DNA of 64,000 nucleotides from Bacteroidales bacterium. GTDB taxonomy: Bacteria > Bacteroidota > Bacteroidia > Bacteroidales > GCA-2748055. Positions 26,333 through 35,766 of the stretch are shown in pieces (the first letter of the stretch is position 1; every line of letters begins with the position of its first letter). The position numbers and the translations under genes are program-made. The notes below the pieces were generated by a model. The model did no database searches and was not told the origin of the DNA. It saw only the letters and a list, made by a program, of their open reading frames with translations. Where the stretch lies: contig JACJXF010000002.1 of the NCBI GenBank assembly GCA_020636775.1, positions 3,747-67,746 of the forward strand. Direction: 5' to 3'.

Positions 26333-27331
26333 ATGAACACAGTAATTGTAATAAGTATTATAATCGCCCTATTGTTTAATTTCTTAAATGGGATGAATGA
26401 TGCGGCAAACTCAATTGCCACAATTGTTTCCACCAAAGTCCTCTCCCCGGTTATGGCTGTATTGTGGGCTGCCTTTTTTAATTTTGTGGCGGTTTTTTTC
26501 TTTGGTGTCCACATTGCAACTACCATTGGAAAGGACATTGTTGATCCCTCCATCGTTAATGAATACATTATTCTCGGTTGTCTTCTCGGTTCAATTATAT
26601 GGGTTTATGCCTGTACCTACCTGGGGATGCCAATAAGCGTTTCCCATGCATTAATTGGCGGATTAATGGGCCCGGCGCTGGTTGTGGGAGGAACTTCTGC
26701 AATTCTATCCAATGGATTGACCAAGGTGGTTTTATTTATTTTCCTTTCCCCCCTGATTGGTATAATCCTTTCTTATTTTATAATGCTGTTGACAATGGTG
26801 TTTTTTAAAAATACCCATCCGCGTAAAGTAGACAGATTATTCAGGGTATTACAGCTCTTATCGTCGGCCATCTTTAGTCTGGGTCACGGTTCAAACGACG
26901 CCCAGAAAACCATGGGAATCATAACCATCCTTTTATTCAGTACAGGGAAACTGGGTCCTGAATTTTATGTGCCTAACTGGGTACTTTTCACATGTTACAT
27001 TACAATGGCTTTGGGAACGCTGGCCGGAGGAAAAAATGTTATCAGAACACTGGGAAGCGGACTTACAAAACTGAAACCCGTGCAGGGATTCAGTGCTGAA
27101 ACAGCAGGTGCTATTGCCATAATTGGAAGCACCCTTGGAGGAATTCCTGTCAGCACAACACACACTATTACAGGGGCTATCATGGGCGTTGGTCTTACGA
27201 AACGGGTTTCTTCAATCCGCTGGGGCATTGCCAGCAATATTATTTATGCCTGGATTTTTACAATTCCCGGGACCATGCTGTTGAGCGGCGGGATCTATTA
27301 TATTATTTCCCTTTTCCTTCACGGGAAATAA
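26333..27331 (+). CDS. pit: inorganic phosphate transporter, PiT family
   Basis: It carries the duplicated signature GMNDAANSIAT and GSNDAQKTMG, is polytopic, and is 332 aa long. Confidence 0.9.
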   Translation: MNTVIVISIIIALLFNFLNGMNDAANSIATIVSTKVLSPVMAVLWAAFFNFVAVFFFGVHIATTIGKDIVDPSIVNEYIILGCLLGSIIWVYACTYLGMPISVSHALIGGLMGPALVVGGTSAILSNGLTKVVLFIFLSPLIGIILSYFIMLLTMVFFKNTHPRKVDRLFRVLQLLSSAIFSLGHGSNDAQKTMGIITILLFSTGKLGPEFYVPNWVLFTCYITMALGTLAGGKNVIRTLGSGLTKLKPVQGFSAETAGAIAIIGSTLGGIPVSTTHTITGAIMGVGLTKRVSSIRWGIASNIIYAWIFTIPGTMLLSGGIYYIISLFLHGK

Positions 27332-27362
27332 GGAAAGGAAGCGAGCCCGGACAATCTGTGTG

Positions 27363-28343
27363 CTATTCGACCATTAAATTACATCCCCTGATATCGGAAT
27401 TATCTGTCCGGCCAAGTACCTCAAAACTTCCGTCATGTCTCATTCTGCCCATATCCGAAGCGGCGATAAATGAGCAGGAGTAAAAATTTGCCAGATCAAT
27501 AATATTGATGTTCCCGGTATTTCCGTCTGTTACCATTTGAAAAGGATCATAGCTGTCTCTGATCATCACCTTCATCCAGGGTACGCAACGGTAAATGCCA
27601 TCGCCGCTGGAATATGCCTGCGACAATAATTCGGTCATGCCGTATTCAGAATGGATATCTTTTACATGAAACCTTTCTTTCAGGAAATTATGAAGATCCT
27701 CCCTTACCATCTCTTTCCTTCGGCCTTTCATGCCGCCGGTTTCCATAATGATTATTCCATCCAGATCCACGTCAAACTTTTCTGCAAGCTCAATTAACGC
27801 AAAGCTAACACCCAGGAGAAGGGTCTTTTGTCCTTTTTTCTTTAGCTCCTTTAAAACCGAAAGAAGTTTATCGTGATCACTCAGGTAAAAACCGCTTTCA
27901 GCATGTTCTGACGCTGATATCAGCTTTTCCGCCATATAAACCAGGGATGAGCCGGAACGCTCAAGGTAGGAAGGAAGCAGAGCAAGTATGCAGATATCCG
28001 CAGGATCACCGTAAAACTTTTTAAATCCCTTTAGAAAACTCTCTTCATAAATCCCTTTGTCAGCAACAAAATGCCTGGCCGGGACACTACCGGTAGTTGT
28101 GCTGGATTCAAAAATGATTTCGGGTTTTTTGCCTGCGGCAATTATTTCACGGGATTTGAAAAGCTCAACCGGAATAAATGGAATATCTTGGTAATTAGTG
28201 ATTTTGGAGGGATCAATATTCAGGTGAGAAATAAATTCTTTATAAACCGCGACATTTTCAGACTGGTAATGGAAGATATCCAAAGCCAGTTTTTGAAATT
28301 GCAACTCGTTTTGAATAGAGAATATATCCCTGATGAAATTCAT
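27363..28343 (-). CDS. LuxE-like acyl-protein synthetase/acyl-transferase family protein
   Basis: The 326-aa protein has FQKLALDIFHYQSENVAVYKEF...IPFIPVELFK, SSTTTGS and METGGMKG (adenylate-forming-like). The family assignment is from memory. Confidence 0.55.
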   Translation of the reverse strand: MNFIRDIFSIQNELQFQKLALDIFHYQSENVAVYKEFISHLNIDPSKITNYQDIPFIPVELFKSREIIAAGKKPEIIFESSTTTGSVPARHFVADKGIYEESFLKGFKKFYGDPADICILALLPSYLERSGSSLVYMAEKLISASEHAESGFYLSDHDKLLSVLKELKKKGQKTLLLGVSFALIELAEKFDVDLDGIIIMETGGMKGRRKEMVREDLHNFLKERFHVKDIHSEYGMTELLSQAYSSGDGIYRCVPWMKVMIRDSYDPFQMVTDGNTGNINIIDLANFYSCSFIAASDMGRMRHDGSFEVLGRTDNSDIRGCNLMVE

Positions 28344-28367
28344 GATCCTGCCTTCCCTTAGAATGAA

Positions 28368-28408
28368 AAACCTCTGTGTAATCTGATATTTTTATTACAC
28401 AGAGGTTT
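28368..28408 (-). terminator. rho-independent terminator downstream of pgk
   Basis: AAACCTCTGTGTAAT ... ATTACACAGAGGTTT forms a perfect 15-bp stem. On the minus strand a run of five T follows the 3' arm. Confidence 0.75.
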
Positions 28409-28428
28409 ATACAGCACAAAATTTATTT

Positions 28429-29688
28429 TTATCCCCTGATTGCCTTGATTCCGGGGAGTTCTTTACCTTCTATGTATTCGAGCATGGCTCCACCTCCGGT
28501 TGAAACATAACTTACTTTTTCTGCAAGTCCGAATTTGTTTACGGCTGCAACAGAATCGCCTCCTCCAACAAGACTATAGGCTCCTTTGGCCGTTACGCGG
28601 GTTATTGCTTCAGCTACAGAGACAGTCCCTTTCTGGAAATTTTTCATTTCAAACACACCCATCGGGCCATTCCACAGTAGGGTTTTTGAACCCTCAATAA
28701 CATCGCTGAGGAGTTTTATCGTCTTTGGACCTATATCAAGACCCATCATTCCGGCTTCTCCTTTATCGATATCAGCAATTTTTGTATTGGCCTCATTATC
28801 GAACTTGTCCGCCAGAATCTGATCGATCGGGAGAATCAGCTTTACTCCTTTAGCTTCAGCCTTTTTTATCAGCTCCAGAGCCAGATCCAGTTTATCTTCC
28901 TCGCACAGGGAGTTACCAATTATACCGCCTTTGGCTTTAATGAAAGTATAGGTCATACCACCTCCGATAATCAGATTGTCGACCTTATCCAGCAGGTTTT
29001 CAATTACCAGAATCTTATCGGATACTTTGGCTCCGCCCATTATGGCTGTGAAAGGTTTTTCGGGAGAATGAAGAACCTTATCCATGGCATGAAGTTCTTT
29101 ACCAATCAGGTAGCCAAACATACTGTTACCGGGGAAATGAGCAGCAATTAATGCTGTGGAAGCATGAGCCCTGTGGGCAGTACCAAAAGCATCGTTGACG
29201 TAACAATCGGCCAGCTTCGACAGATTCTTCACGAATTCTTTCTGACTTTCTTTTACACTTGCCTTACCGGCTTTTTTTTCTTCTTCCGTAGCATCTTTTC
29301 CCAGGTGGTAGGGTTTGCCTTCTTCCTCTTCGTAGAAACGAAGATTCTCCAGCAACATTACTTCTCCGGCTTTGAGTCCGGCTGCCATTGACTCCACCTT
29401 GTCACCAACACAGTCACCTGCAAATTTCACGGGTTTTCCCAGAGCTTTTTCAACGGCAGGAACAACATGCTTTAAGGAATATTTTTCTACTACTTTCCCA
29501 TCGGGTCGGCCCAGGTGAGACATAAGGATGGCTGAACCGCCATCGCTGAGAATTTTATTAATGGTAGGGAGTGCCGCCCTGATGCGGTTATCATCAGTTA
29601 CTTCAAAACTACTGTTGAGGGGAACATTAAAATCCACCCTTACAATAGCTTTTTTTCCTGAAAAATTGAAATTGTCAACAGTCAACAT
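28429..29688 (-). CDS. pgk: phosphoglycerate kinase
   Basis: [15 protein letters not shown] and STGGGA are present. Length is 419 aa, including a charged insertion ([19 protein letters not shown]). Confidence 0.95.
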   Translation of the reverse strand: MLTVDNFNFSGKKAIVRVDFNVPLNSSFEVTDDNRIRAALPTINKILSDGGSAILMSHLGRPDGKVVEKYSLKHVVPAVEKALGKPVKFAGDCVGDKVESMAAGLKAGEVMLLENLRFYEEEEGKPYHLGKDATEEEKKAGKASVKESQKEFVKNLSKLADCYVNDAFGTAHRAHASTALIAAHFPGNSMFGYLIGKELHAMDKVLHSPEKPFTAIMGGAKVSDKILVIENLLDKVDNLIIGGGMTYTFIKAKGGIIGNSLCEEDKLDLALELIKKAEAKGVKLILPIDQILADKFDNEANTKIADIDKGEAGMMGLDIGPKTIKLLSDVIEGSKTLLWNGPMGVFEMKNFQKGTVSVAEAITRVTAKGAYSLVGGGDSVAAVNKFGLAEKVSYVSTGGGAMLEYIEGKELPGIKAIRG

Positions 29689-29755
29689 AATTTTGTGCTT
29701 TTAGGTTATTTTTGTGTTCTTTCGAAAACATCCTCAAAGGTAAAAAAAGTATTTT

Positions 29756-29763
29756 TATATTTG
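29756..29763 (+). promoter_or_regulatory. candidate -7 box (TATATTTG)
   Basis: It matches TAnnTTTG 46 nt upstream of the holB ATG. A second identical 8-mer lies at 29797-29804. Confidence 0.3.
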
Positions 29764-29808
29764 GATTTACTGCCAGTCATTTGGCATGAATTCCTTTATA
29801 TTTGCAGA

Positions 29809-30939
29809 ATGCGTTTTCAAGAGATTCCCGGCCAGAAAGAAATTAAAGAAAGTCTTATCCGTACAGCAAAGGAAGGAAGGATCAGTCACGCCCAGTTATT
29901 TTACGGACCCGAAGGCTCAGGCAAGCTGGCTCTGGCCATTGCATATGCACAATACATTTCCTGCACCGGCAGGCTGGAGGAAGACTCCTGCGGGACCTGT
30001 CCCTCCTGCGTAAAATATGCCAAACTGGTGCATCCCGACCTGCATTTTGTTTTCCCTGCCACGGCTGCTTCTTCAACTAAATCGGATGAGACACCTGTTG
30101 AAAAAGCTTTGGAGAGATGGAGAGAAATGATCATTGAGAATCCCTATTTTGATCAGTACCAGTGGTATGATAAAATCGGAATAGAAAATAAGCAGGGTCT
30201 CATTGGGGTTAAGGAAAGTGTGGATATAATCCGGAAACTGAACCTCAAATCATTTGAATCGGATTTCAAGATACTGATTATGTGGTTGCCCGAAAGGATG
30301 AATGCAACCGCTGCGAACAAGCTGCTGAAGATGGTTGAGGAGCCTCCCCCGGGAACCGTTTTTCTGCTGGTTTCAGAAGTTCCCGGTGAAGTATTGCCAA
30401 CGATTCTTTCCAGAGCACAAATGATCAAGATACCAAGACTTGAAGATGAAGATATCCGCAAGTCATTAAAAGAGAGGGTAGAGGTATCAGACGAAGCTGT
30501 TGAAGATGCCGTAAACATGGCCGACGGGAATTTCAACAAGGCATTCAGCGCGCTCAGGGAGGAAGGCTTCAACCGCGAAAATTTCGATCAGTTTGTCAGC
30601 TTTATGAGAATATGTTTTGCCTACAGTATGGTTGATCTTACCGAATGGGTCGATGAAATGGCCAAATCAGGCAGGGAAAAGCAGAAAATGTTTCTTTCGT
30701 ACGGACTCAGGATTATTCGCGAGAATTTTCTGGTGAATACAGGTCATTCGGGCATTTCCCATATGACGAAGTATGAGAGGGACTGGTCTCTGAAATTTTC
30801 AAAATTTGTGAACGGGAAAAATGTCTACGATATTTATGAAGAGCTCAACCTGGCTTACAATCATATTTCAGCGAATGCCAATGCAAAAATTGTGCTGCTC
30901 GATGCCGGCTTAAAAATAGGCAGGATGCTGAAAAGGTAA
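29809..30939 (+). CDS. holB: DNA polymerase III subunit delta'
   Basis: I moved the start to the ATG at 29809 (MRFQEIPGQ). Supporting motifs are HAQLFYGPEGSGKLALA, the zinc module CGTCPSCVK, and SRAQ. Confidence 0.85.
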   Translation: MRFQEIPGQKEIKESLIRTAKEGRISHAQLFYGPEGSGKLALAIAYAQYISCTGRLEEDSCGTCPSCVKYAKLVHPDLHFVFPATAASSTKSDETPVEKALERWREMIIENPYFDQYQWYDKIGIENKQGLIGVKESVDIIRKLNLKSFESDFKILIMWLPERMNATAANKLLKMVEEPPPGTVFLLVSEVPGEVLPTILSRAQMIKIPRLEDEDIRKSLKERVEVSDEAVEDAVNMADGNFNKAFSALREEGFNRENFDQFVSFMRICFAYSMVDLTEWVDEMAKSGREKQKMFLSYGLRIIRENFLVNTGHSGISHMTKYERDWSLKFSKFVNGKNVYDIYEELNLAYNHISANANAKIVLLDAGLKIGRMLKR

Positions 30940-31010
30940 TTTATTGTGACGGTAATCCTCCACAAATCCCTTCAGAGAGAATACGAAATGCTTTATTTGG
31001 ATTATAAAAT

Positions 31011-31064
31011 TTAAGCGCTGTCCCGCTTCGCGGAAACGCTAAGACGCAATTGGGAAACGCAATT
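31011..31064 (+). repeat. solo copy of a ~55-bp structured repeat (TTAAGCGC-hairpin-ACGCTAA-ACGCAATT-N-ACGCAATT)
   Basis: It aligns by eye with 33936-33988 and with the reverse complement of 34462-34513. Confidence 0.6.
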
Positions 31065-31131
31065 GATTTTTAATAAATCTTATTCAAGAATCCAACAATA
31101 TTTCCAACTAAGCATATATAATATTTTTTCT

Positions 31132-31139
31132 TACTTTTG
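31132..31139 (+). promoter_or_regulatory. candidate -7 box (TACTTTTG)
   Basis: It matches TAnnTTTG 38 nt upstream of the ATG at 31177. Confidence 0.3.
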
Positions 31140-31176
31140 TCTTTAACCTCAAGGGGTTAAATTAATACTTTAGATA

Positions 31177-32316
31177 ATGATTCACAGAGGTTGTTGTAAG
31201 GGAGGCTGCACGGAGAACCTTAATGACAATCAGGATAAGATATCAAACTATTTCAGTGGTTGTGCCAAGCTTGATGATTTTGACTGGTTACGGGATTTAC
31301 CACCCAGTATCAATCAATTTGATGCAGTGGAAATCCGGTTTAAGAATACACGAAAAGCCTTTTACAGAAATACAAATGATTTGCGGTTAAAACGCGGGGA
31401 CATGGTTGCTGTTGAAGCTTCCCCGGGTCACGATATAGGCGTGGTTTCCCTGACCGGGGATATTGTTGCCCGCCAGATGATTAAATATGGTCTTAATCCG
31501 CATGCCGACGATTTGCGGAAAGTATACCGGAAGGCCAAGCAGGCTGACATTGACAAGTGGAAGGAAGCCATCGAGCTGGAAACCAAAACCATGCTCAGGT
31601 CTCGAAAAATCTCGGAAGACCTGAAACTGAACATGAAGATTGGTGATGTGGAATTTCAGGGAGATAAAACAAAAGCAATCTTTTATTATATAGCCGACGA
31701 AAGGGTTGATTTCCGGGAGCTTATTAAACTGATGGCCGATGAATTCCGGATCCGGATCGAAATGCGCCAGATTGGAGCAAGGCAGGAAGCCGGAAGGATT
31801 GGAGGAATTGGTTCCTGCGGACGTGAACTCTGCTGTTCCTCATGGATTACAAATTTTGTTTCTGTAACCACAGCTGCCGCACGATACCAGGAAGTTTCAC
31901 TGAATCCTCAGAAACTCGCAGGGCAATGTGGAAAACTCAAATGCTGCCTGAATTATGAGGTCAGCTCTTACCTCGATGCACAAAAGGATTTTCCGGCAAA
32001 GGATGTTAACCTTAAAACCCGTGAGGGTGAGGCTTATTACATGAAAAGCGATATTCACAGGGGGATTTACTGGTATGCTCTAAACAGGGAAACGGGTTCA
32101 AGCATTATTCCTGTGCCTGTTGAAAGGGTTACTGAAATTATTGAAATCAACAAAAAGGGTGAAGTACCGGAAAACCTTGTTCTGGCAAGCGAAACAGTAA
32201 GTGTTGATATATCCTATCAAAATGATGTTGGTCAGGACAGCCTTACCCGGTTCGATGAAAAGAAAAGTCAGCACAGAAGAAAGAAAAAAAGGAAAAACCG
32301 GAATCCCAGAAATTGA
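31177..32316 (+). CDS. ricT: PSP1 domain protein (YaaT/RicT-like)
   Basis: It has a Cys-rich N-terminus and a central PSP1 region (FYYIADERVDFRELIK...GSCGRELCCSSW...CGKLKCCLNYE). It follows holB, as in many bacteria. Confidence 0.8.
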   Translation: MIHRGCCKGGCTENLNDNQDKISNYFSGCAKLDDFDWLRDLPPSINQFDAVEIRFKNTRKAFYRNTNDLRLKRGDMVAVEASPGHDIGVVSLTGDIVARQMIKYGLNPHADDLRKVYRKAKQADIDKWKEAIELETKTMLRSRKISEDLKLNMKIGDVEFQGDKTKAIFYYIADERVDFRELIKLMADEFRIRIEMRQIGARQEAGRIGGIGSCGRELCCSSWITNFVSVTTAAARYQEVSLNPQKLAGQCGKLKCCLNYEVSSYLDAQKDFPAKDVNLKTREGEAYYMKSDIHRGIYWYALNRETGSSIIPVPVERVTEIIEINKKGEVPENLVLASETVSVDISYQNDVGQDSLTRFDEKKSQHRRKKKRKNRNPRN

Positions 32317-32317
32317 T

Positions 32318-32785
32318 ATGAAAACAACTTTCGCCCTTTTGTTTATTTTTTTATTCCTGTCATCATGCGACCCCAACAGGGTCTATGATGAATATCAAAA
32401 GACTGAAAACGGAATGTGGAAATGGTCTGATAAAAAGACTTTCAATGTGGAGATGAAGGATAGCATTTCCCTTTTTAACATTGATATTAATATCAGACAC
32501 ACCACTAATTACCCCAAGAGCAATCTCTTTATTTTTGTTACTACCACTGCCCCCACAGGGGCTTCACGCCGTGATACGGTAGAAATAATAATTGCCGATG
32601 AACATGGCAAATGGGAAGGGAACGGATTTGGGGATATTAAACTGGTATCCAGGGTTTTCAGAAAGGCGGTACGCTTTGTTAATACGGGCAACTATAAGTT
32701 TGAAATTGAACAGGGGATGAGAATGCCGGAAATTCCGGTAACTGATGTCGGACTGCGGGTTGAGGAATTCGTCGACATACGGTAA
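32318..32785 (+). CDS. gldH: gliding-motility lipoprotein GldH
   Basis: I moved the start to the ATG at 32318. The lipobox is FLFLSSC and length is 155 aa. Its position just after the yaaT/PSP1 homologue matches the gldH locus as I recall it from Flavobacterium johnsoniae. Confidence 0.65.
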   Translation: MKTTFALLFIFLFLSSCDPNRVYDEYQKTENGMWKWSDKKTFNVEMKDSISLFNIDINIRHTTNYPKSNLFIFVTTTAPTGASRRDTVEIIIADEHGKWEGNGFGDIKLVSRVFRKAVRFVNTGNYKFEIEQGMRMPEIPVTDVGLRVEEFVDIR

Positions 32786-32857
32786 CATCTATTATTTTCG
32801 AGGGCTGGGATTTAAAATGCCTTATCCGAAAAATACTTAATAATAAAACAATTTACT

Positions 32858-33562
32858 TTGGGCAAAGATAAACTCAGGCGTTTCGCCGAGCTTGGACAAT
32901 TTGACCGTGTATTTCAACCGGGAATGGATGAAATTAACGGTAAGGAATATTTTTTAAAGGGAAGGTGGAAGCAGGAAGTTTTTCACAACACAAATCCACT
33001 GGTGCTGGAACTTGGATGTGGCAAGGGGGAATATACTATTGGAATGGCTCAGCATTTTCCGGATAAAAATTTCATTGGAGTGGATATTAAGGGAGCCAGA
33101 ATGTGGAAGGGAGCCAGGACATCTCATGAAGAAAAAATTATGAATGCTGCCTTCCTCCGTACGCGAATTGAAATGATTTCCTCCTTTTTTGCGGAGAATG
33201 AAGTCGACGAAATATGGATTACCTTCCCCGATCCCCAGCCTACAGAGCGAAGGAAAAAGAAGAGGCTTAGCGGTACAATTTTCCTGAAACTTTATCGCAA
33301 TTTCCTGGTTAATAACGGAATTGTTCACCTCAAAACCGACAGCGATCTTCTTTACAACTATACACTTAACCTCCTGAAATTGAATAATCAAAAAATCCTG
33401 TTTAATACTTCCAACCTTTATTCCAGTGATATTGTTGATGAGATATTGGGAATAAAAACATTTTATGAGAAGAAATTTCTGGAAGCCGGTTCGAATATCA
33501 ATTACCTGAAATTCAGCCTGAATAAAAATTCAGAATTAAATGAGCTCCCGGAAGAGTCATGA
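32858..33562 (+). CDS. trmB: tRNA (guanine46-N7)-methyltransferase
   Basis: It uses a TTG start. GKDKLRRFAE, the SAM motif LELGCGKGE, and FPDPQP are present. Confidence 0.85.
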   Translation: MGKDKLRRFAELGQFDRVFQPGMDEINGKEYFLKGRWKQEVFHNTNPLVLELGCGKGEYTIGMAQHFPDKNFIGVDIKGARMWKGARTSHEEKIMNAAFLRTRIEMISSFFAENEVDEIWITFPDPQPTERRKKKRLSGTIFLKLYRNFLVNNGIVHLKTDSDLLYNYTLNLLKLNNQKILFNTSNLYSSDIVDEILGIKTFYEKKFLEAGSNINYLKFSLNKNSELNELPEES

Positions 33563-33887
33563 TGACGGTTTTTTTAGCCGGGTTTACGAAGTATGCCGGC
33601 TTATTCCCTATGGGAGGGTAACCAGCTATGGAGCCATTGCCCGTTATCTCGGTACAGCCGGATCATCCCGAATGGTTGGCTGGGCCATGAACAATTCGCA
33701 CAGCCTGCCTGATTTTGTGCCGGCTCACAAAGTCGTAAACAGAAAAGGTATGCTGACCGGTAAACACCATTTTCCGGGAAATAATATGATGCAGGAATTG
33801 CTGGAGAGCGAAGGCATTCCTGTCGTAGATGATGTAATTGTTGATTTTGAAAAATACTTCTGGGATCCGGTCAGAGAACTGGAATGA
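33540..33887 (+). CDS. MGMT-family DNA-binding protein lacking the acceptor cysteine (alkyltransferase-like, ATL)
   Basis: LIPYGRVTSYGAIA is the helix-turn-helix region. The active-site position reads VPAHKVV where MGMTs have PCHRV, so Cys is replaced by Ala (codon GCT at 33723-33725). Confidence 0.7.
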   Translation: MSSRKSHDDGFFSRVYEVCRLIPYGRVTSYGAIARYLGTAGSSRMVGWAMNNSHSLPDFVPAHKVVNRKGMLTGKHHFPGNNMMQELLESEGIPVVDDVIVDFEKYFWDPVRELE

Positions 33888-33935
33888 GGGATGTCTTTTG
33901 GTATTCAGGTTTTTTCAATTTGATTTTTTAAAAAA

Positions 33936-33988
33936 TTAAGCGCGGACCCACAGGGTGGGACGCTAAAACGCAATTTGTTTATCGCAAT
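33936..33988 (+). repeat. left copy of the structured repeat flanking the GxxExxY gene
   Basis: The sequence is TTAAGCGCGGACCCACAGGGTGGGACGCTAAAACGCAATTTGTTTATCGCAAT. Confidence 0.6.
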
Positions 33989-34011
33989 AATAATCTTCTC
34001 CCAATAGAATA

Positions 34012-34395
34012 TTAGAGATTATTGACCAGCCTTTTAATATTACCTGATAAATCATAACAATTAAAATTCACTAGCAGTCCCAGTTTAATATCAGTAATTT
34101 TCAGATAGGTTAATAATTGCATTTTATGGACTGGTGCTAATAGTTCAATTGCTTTAACCTCAATAATGATTTTGTTTTCGACAATTATATCAGCCCGAAA
34201 ACCCAATTCAAGTTTGATATTCTCGTAAATAAGTGGGACTGGTTTTTGGCGAATAAATTGAAGATTTTGTTTTTCGAGCTCATAACATAGTATTTCTTCA
34301 TATACTGATTCCAGTAATCCCGGTCCGGGATTTTTATGTATTTTGAAGCAAGCTGACACAATGACCCTGGAAAGGCTGTTTTCGATTTTTTCCAT
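34012..34395 (-). CDS. GxxExxY family protein (PD-(D/E)XK-like small protein)
   Basis: The 127-aa protein carries the eponymous motif as GLLESVYEE. RADIIVENKIIIEVK is the nuclease-fold D...ExK-like core. Confidence 0.8.
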   Translation of the reverse strand: MEKIENSLSRVIVSACFKIHKNPGPGLLESVYEEILCYELEKQNLQFIRQKPVPLIYENIKLELGFRADIIVENKIIIEVKAIELLAPVHKMQLLTYLKITDIKLGLLVNFNCYDLSGNIKRLVNNL

Positions 34396-34461
34396 GACTA
34401 TGATTTTAATCCTTTATGTAATAAATCATAAAAAATCAGTCTTTAATACAAAATATTTTAT

Positions 34462-34513
34462 ACTGCGTTGAAGTTGCGGGTTTTGCGTTCCTGCATAACA
34501 GGTCTGCGCTTAA
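34462..34513 (-). repeat. right copy, inverted, of the structured repeat flanking the GxxExxY gene
   Basis: The reverse complement reads TTAAGCGCAGACCTGTTATGCAGGAACGCAAAACCCGCAACTTCAACGCAGT. Confidence 0.6.
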
Positions 34514-34620
34514 TTATTTTTGGATGTTTCTTCCAATAGACCCGACGTACGTTATTCTAAAATATTTTGGTAATTTTACAGGCACTGAATTATTTATGGG
34601 AACTGCAATTTAAAAATCGA

Positions 34621-35757
34621 ATGAAATATACAGCTGAAAGTGTGTTGCAAAGCCTCAGGCAGGTTGTGCATCCTGAAAAAGGGAAAGATATTGTTGAACT
34701 GGGAATGATTCAGAATCTGGTTGCAGGAGAAGGTAAAATCAGCTTCGAAATACAATCTCCCAAAGCTAATGACCCTCTTTTATCGTCAATAAAAAAAGCA
34801 TCTTCCATTGCCCTGAGAAACAGCTTTGGAGGCGAGGTGGAGAACGTTCTTAGCATTAAAGTAAATACACCTGTAGTTACCCCCGCTCCTTTGCGGACAG
34901 GTCCCTTACCCGGAGTTAAAAACATTATTGCCATTGCCTCTGGTAAAGGAGGCGTAGGAAAGTCAACTGTTGCAGTAAACCTGGCCGTAGCGCTTGCTAA
35001 AACCGGAGCATTGGTAGGACTGCTCGATGCCGATGTTTACGGTCCATCCATTCCCAAAATGTTTGCACTTGAAGGCGAAAGGCCGGAAATAAAAAATATT
35101 AATAATAAGGAGATGATGATCCCGATTGAAAAGTACGGGGTTAAGCTTCTTTCACTCGGCTTTTTTGTAAATCCCGATGATGCTGTAGTCTGGAGAGGAC
35201 CCATGGCAACCAATGCACTTAAACAGCTTATTACCCTTGGTGACTGGGGAGAACTCGATTACCTTCTTATTGACCTTCCTCCGGGAACGGGTGATATTCA
35301 CCTTACCATGGTTCAGGAAGTTGCCGTTACAGGTGCGGTTATTGTAAGTACGCCCCAGCAGGTTGCGCTTGCAGATGTAATTAAGGGAATTGCCATGTTT
35401 GCCGGCGAGAAAATTAATGTGCCTGTTTTGGGACTGGTTGAAAACATGTCGTGGTTTACTCCTGCAGAATTGCCGGAAAATAAATATTTCATTTTTGGAA
35501 AGGAAGGCTGCAAACAGCTTGCCCAAAACCTGGGCCTTGATCTGCTTGCTCAGATTCCTTTGGTTCAGAGCATATGTGAAAATGGAGACTCCGGAACCCC
35601 CGCTGTTCTGAATTCAGGCGATCCTGCCGGGATAGCCTTTAGCACTCTGGCCGCTAACCTGATTTCAAAAATAGAAAAGCGAAATCTCGAAATGAATCCC
35701 ACAAAAAAAGTAGAGATTACAAATACCGATGGATGTGATGTGGTAAAACCAAAATAA
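34621..35757 (+). CDS. apbC: Mrp/NBP35/ApbC iron-sulfur cluster carrier ATPase
   Basis: I moved the start to the ATG at 34621. It has an N-terminal MIP18-like domain (VVHPEKGKDIVELGMI), the deviant Walker A SGKGGVGKST, and DLPPGTGD. Confidence 0.9.
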   Translation: MKYTAESVLQSLRQVVHPEKGKDIVELGMIQNLVAGEGKISFEIQSPKANDPLLSSIKKASSIALRNSFGGEVENVLSIKVNTPVVTPAPLRTGPLPGVKNIIAIASGKGGVGKSTVAVNLAVALAKTGALVGLLDADVYGPSIPKMFALEGERPEIKNINNKEMMIPIEKYGVKLLSLGFFVNPDDAVVWRGPMATNALKQLITLGDWGELDYLLIDLPPGTGDIHLTMVQEVAVTGAVIVSTPQQVALADVIKGIAMFAGEKINVPVLGLVENMSWFTPAELPENKYFIFGKEGCKQLAQNLGLDLLAQIPLVQSICENGDSGTPAVLNSGDPAGIAFSTLAANLISKIEKRNLEMNPTKKVEITNTDGCDVVKPK

Positions 35758-35766
35758 AATGCCCCC

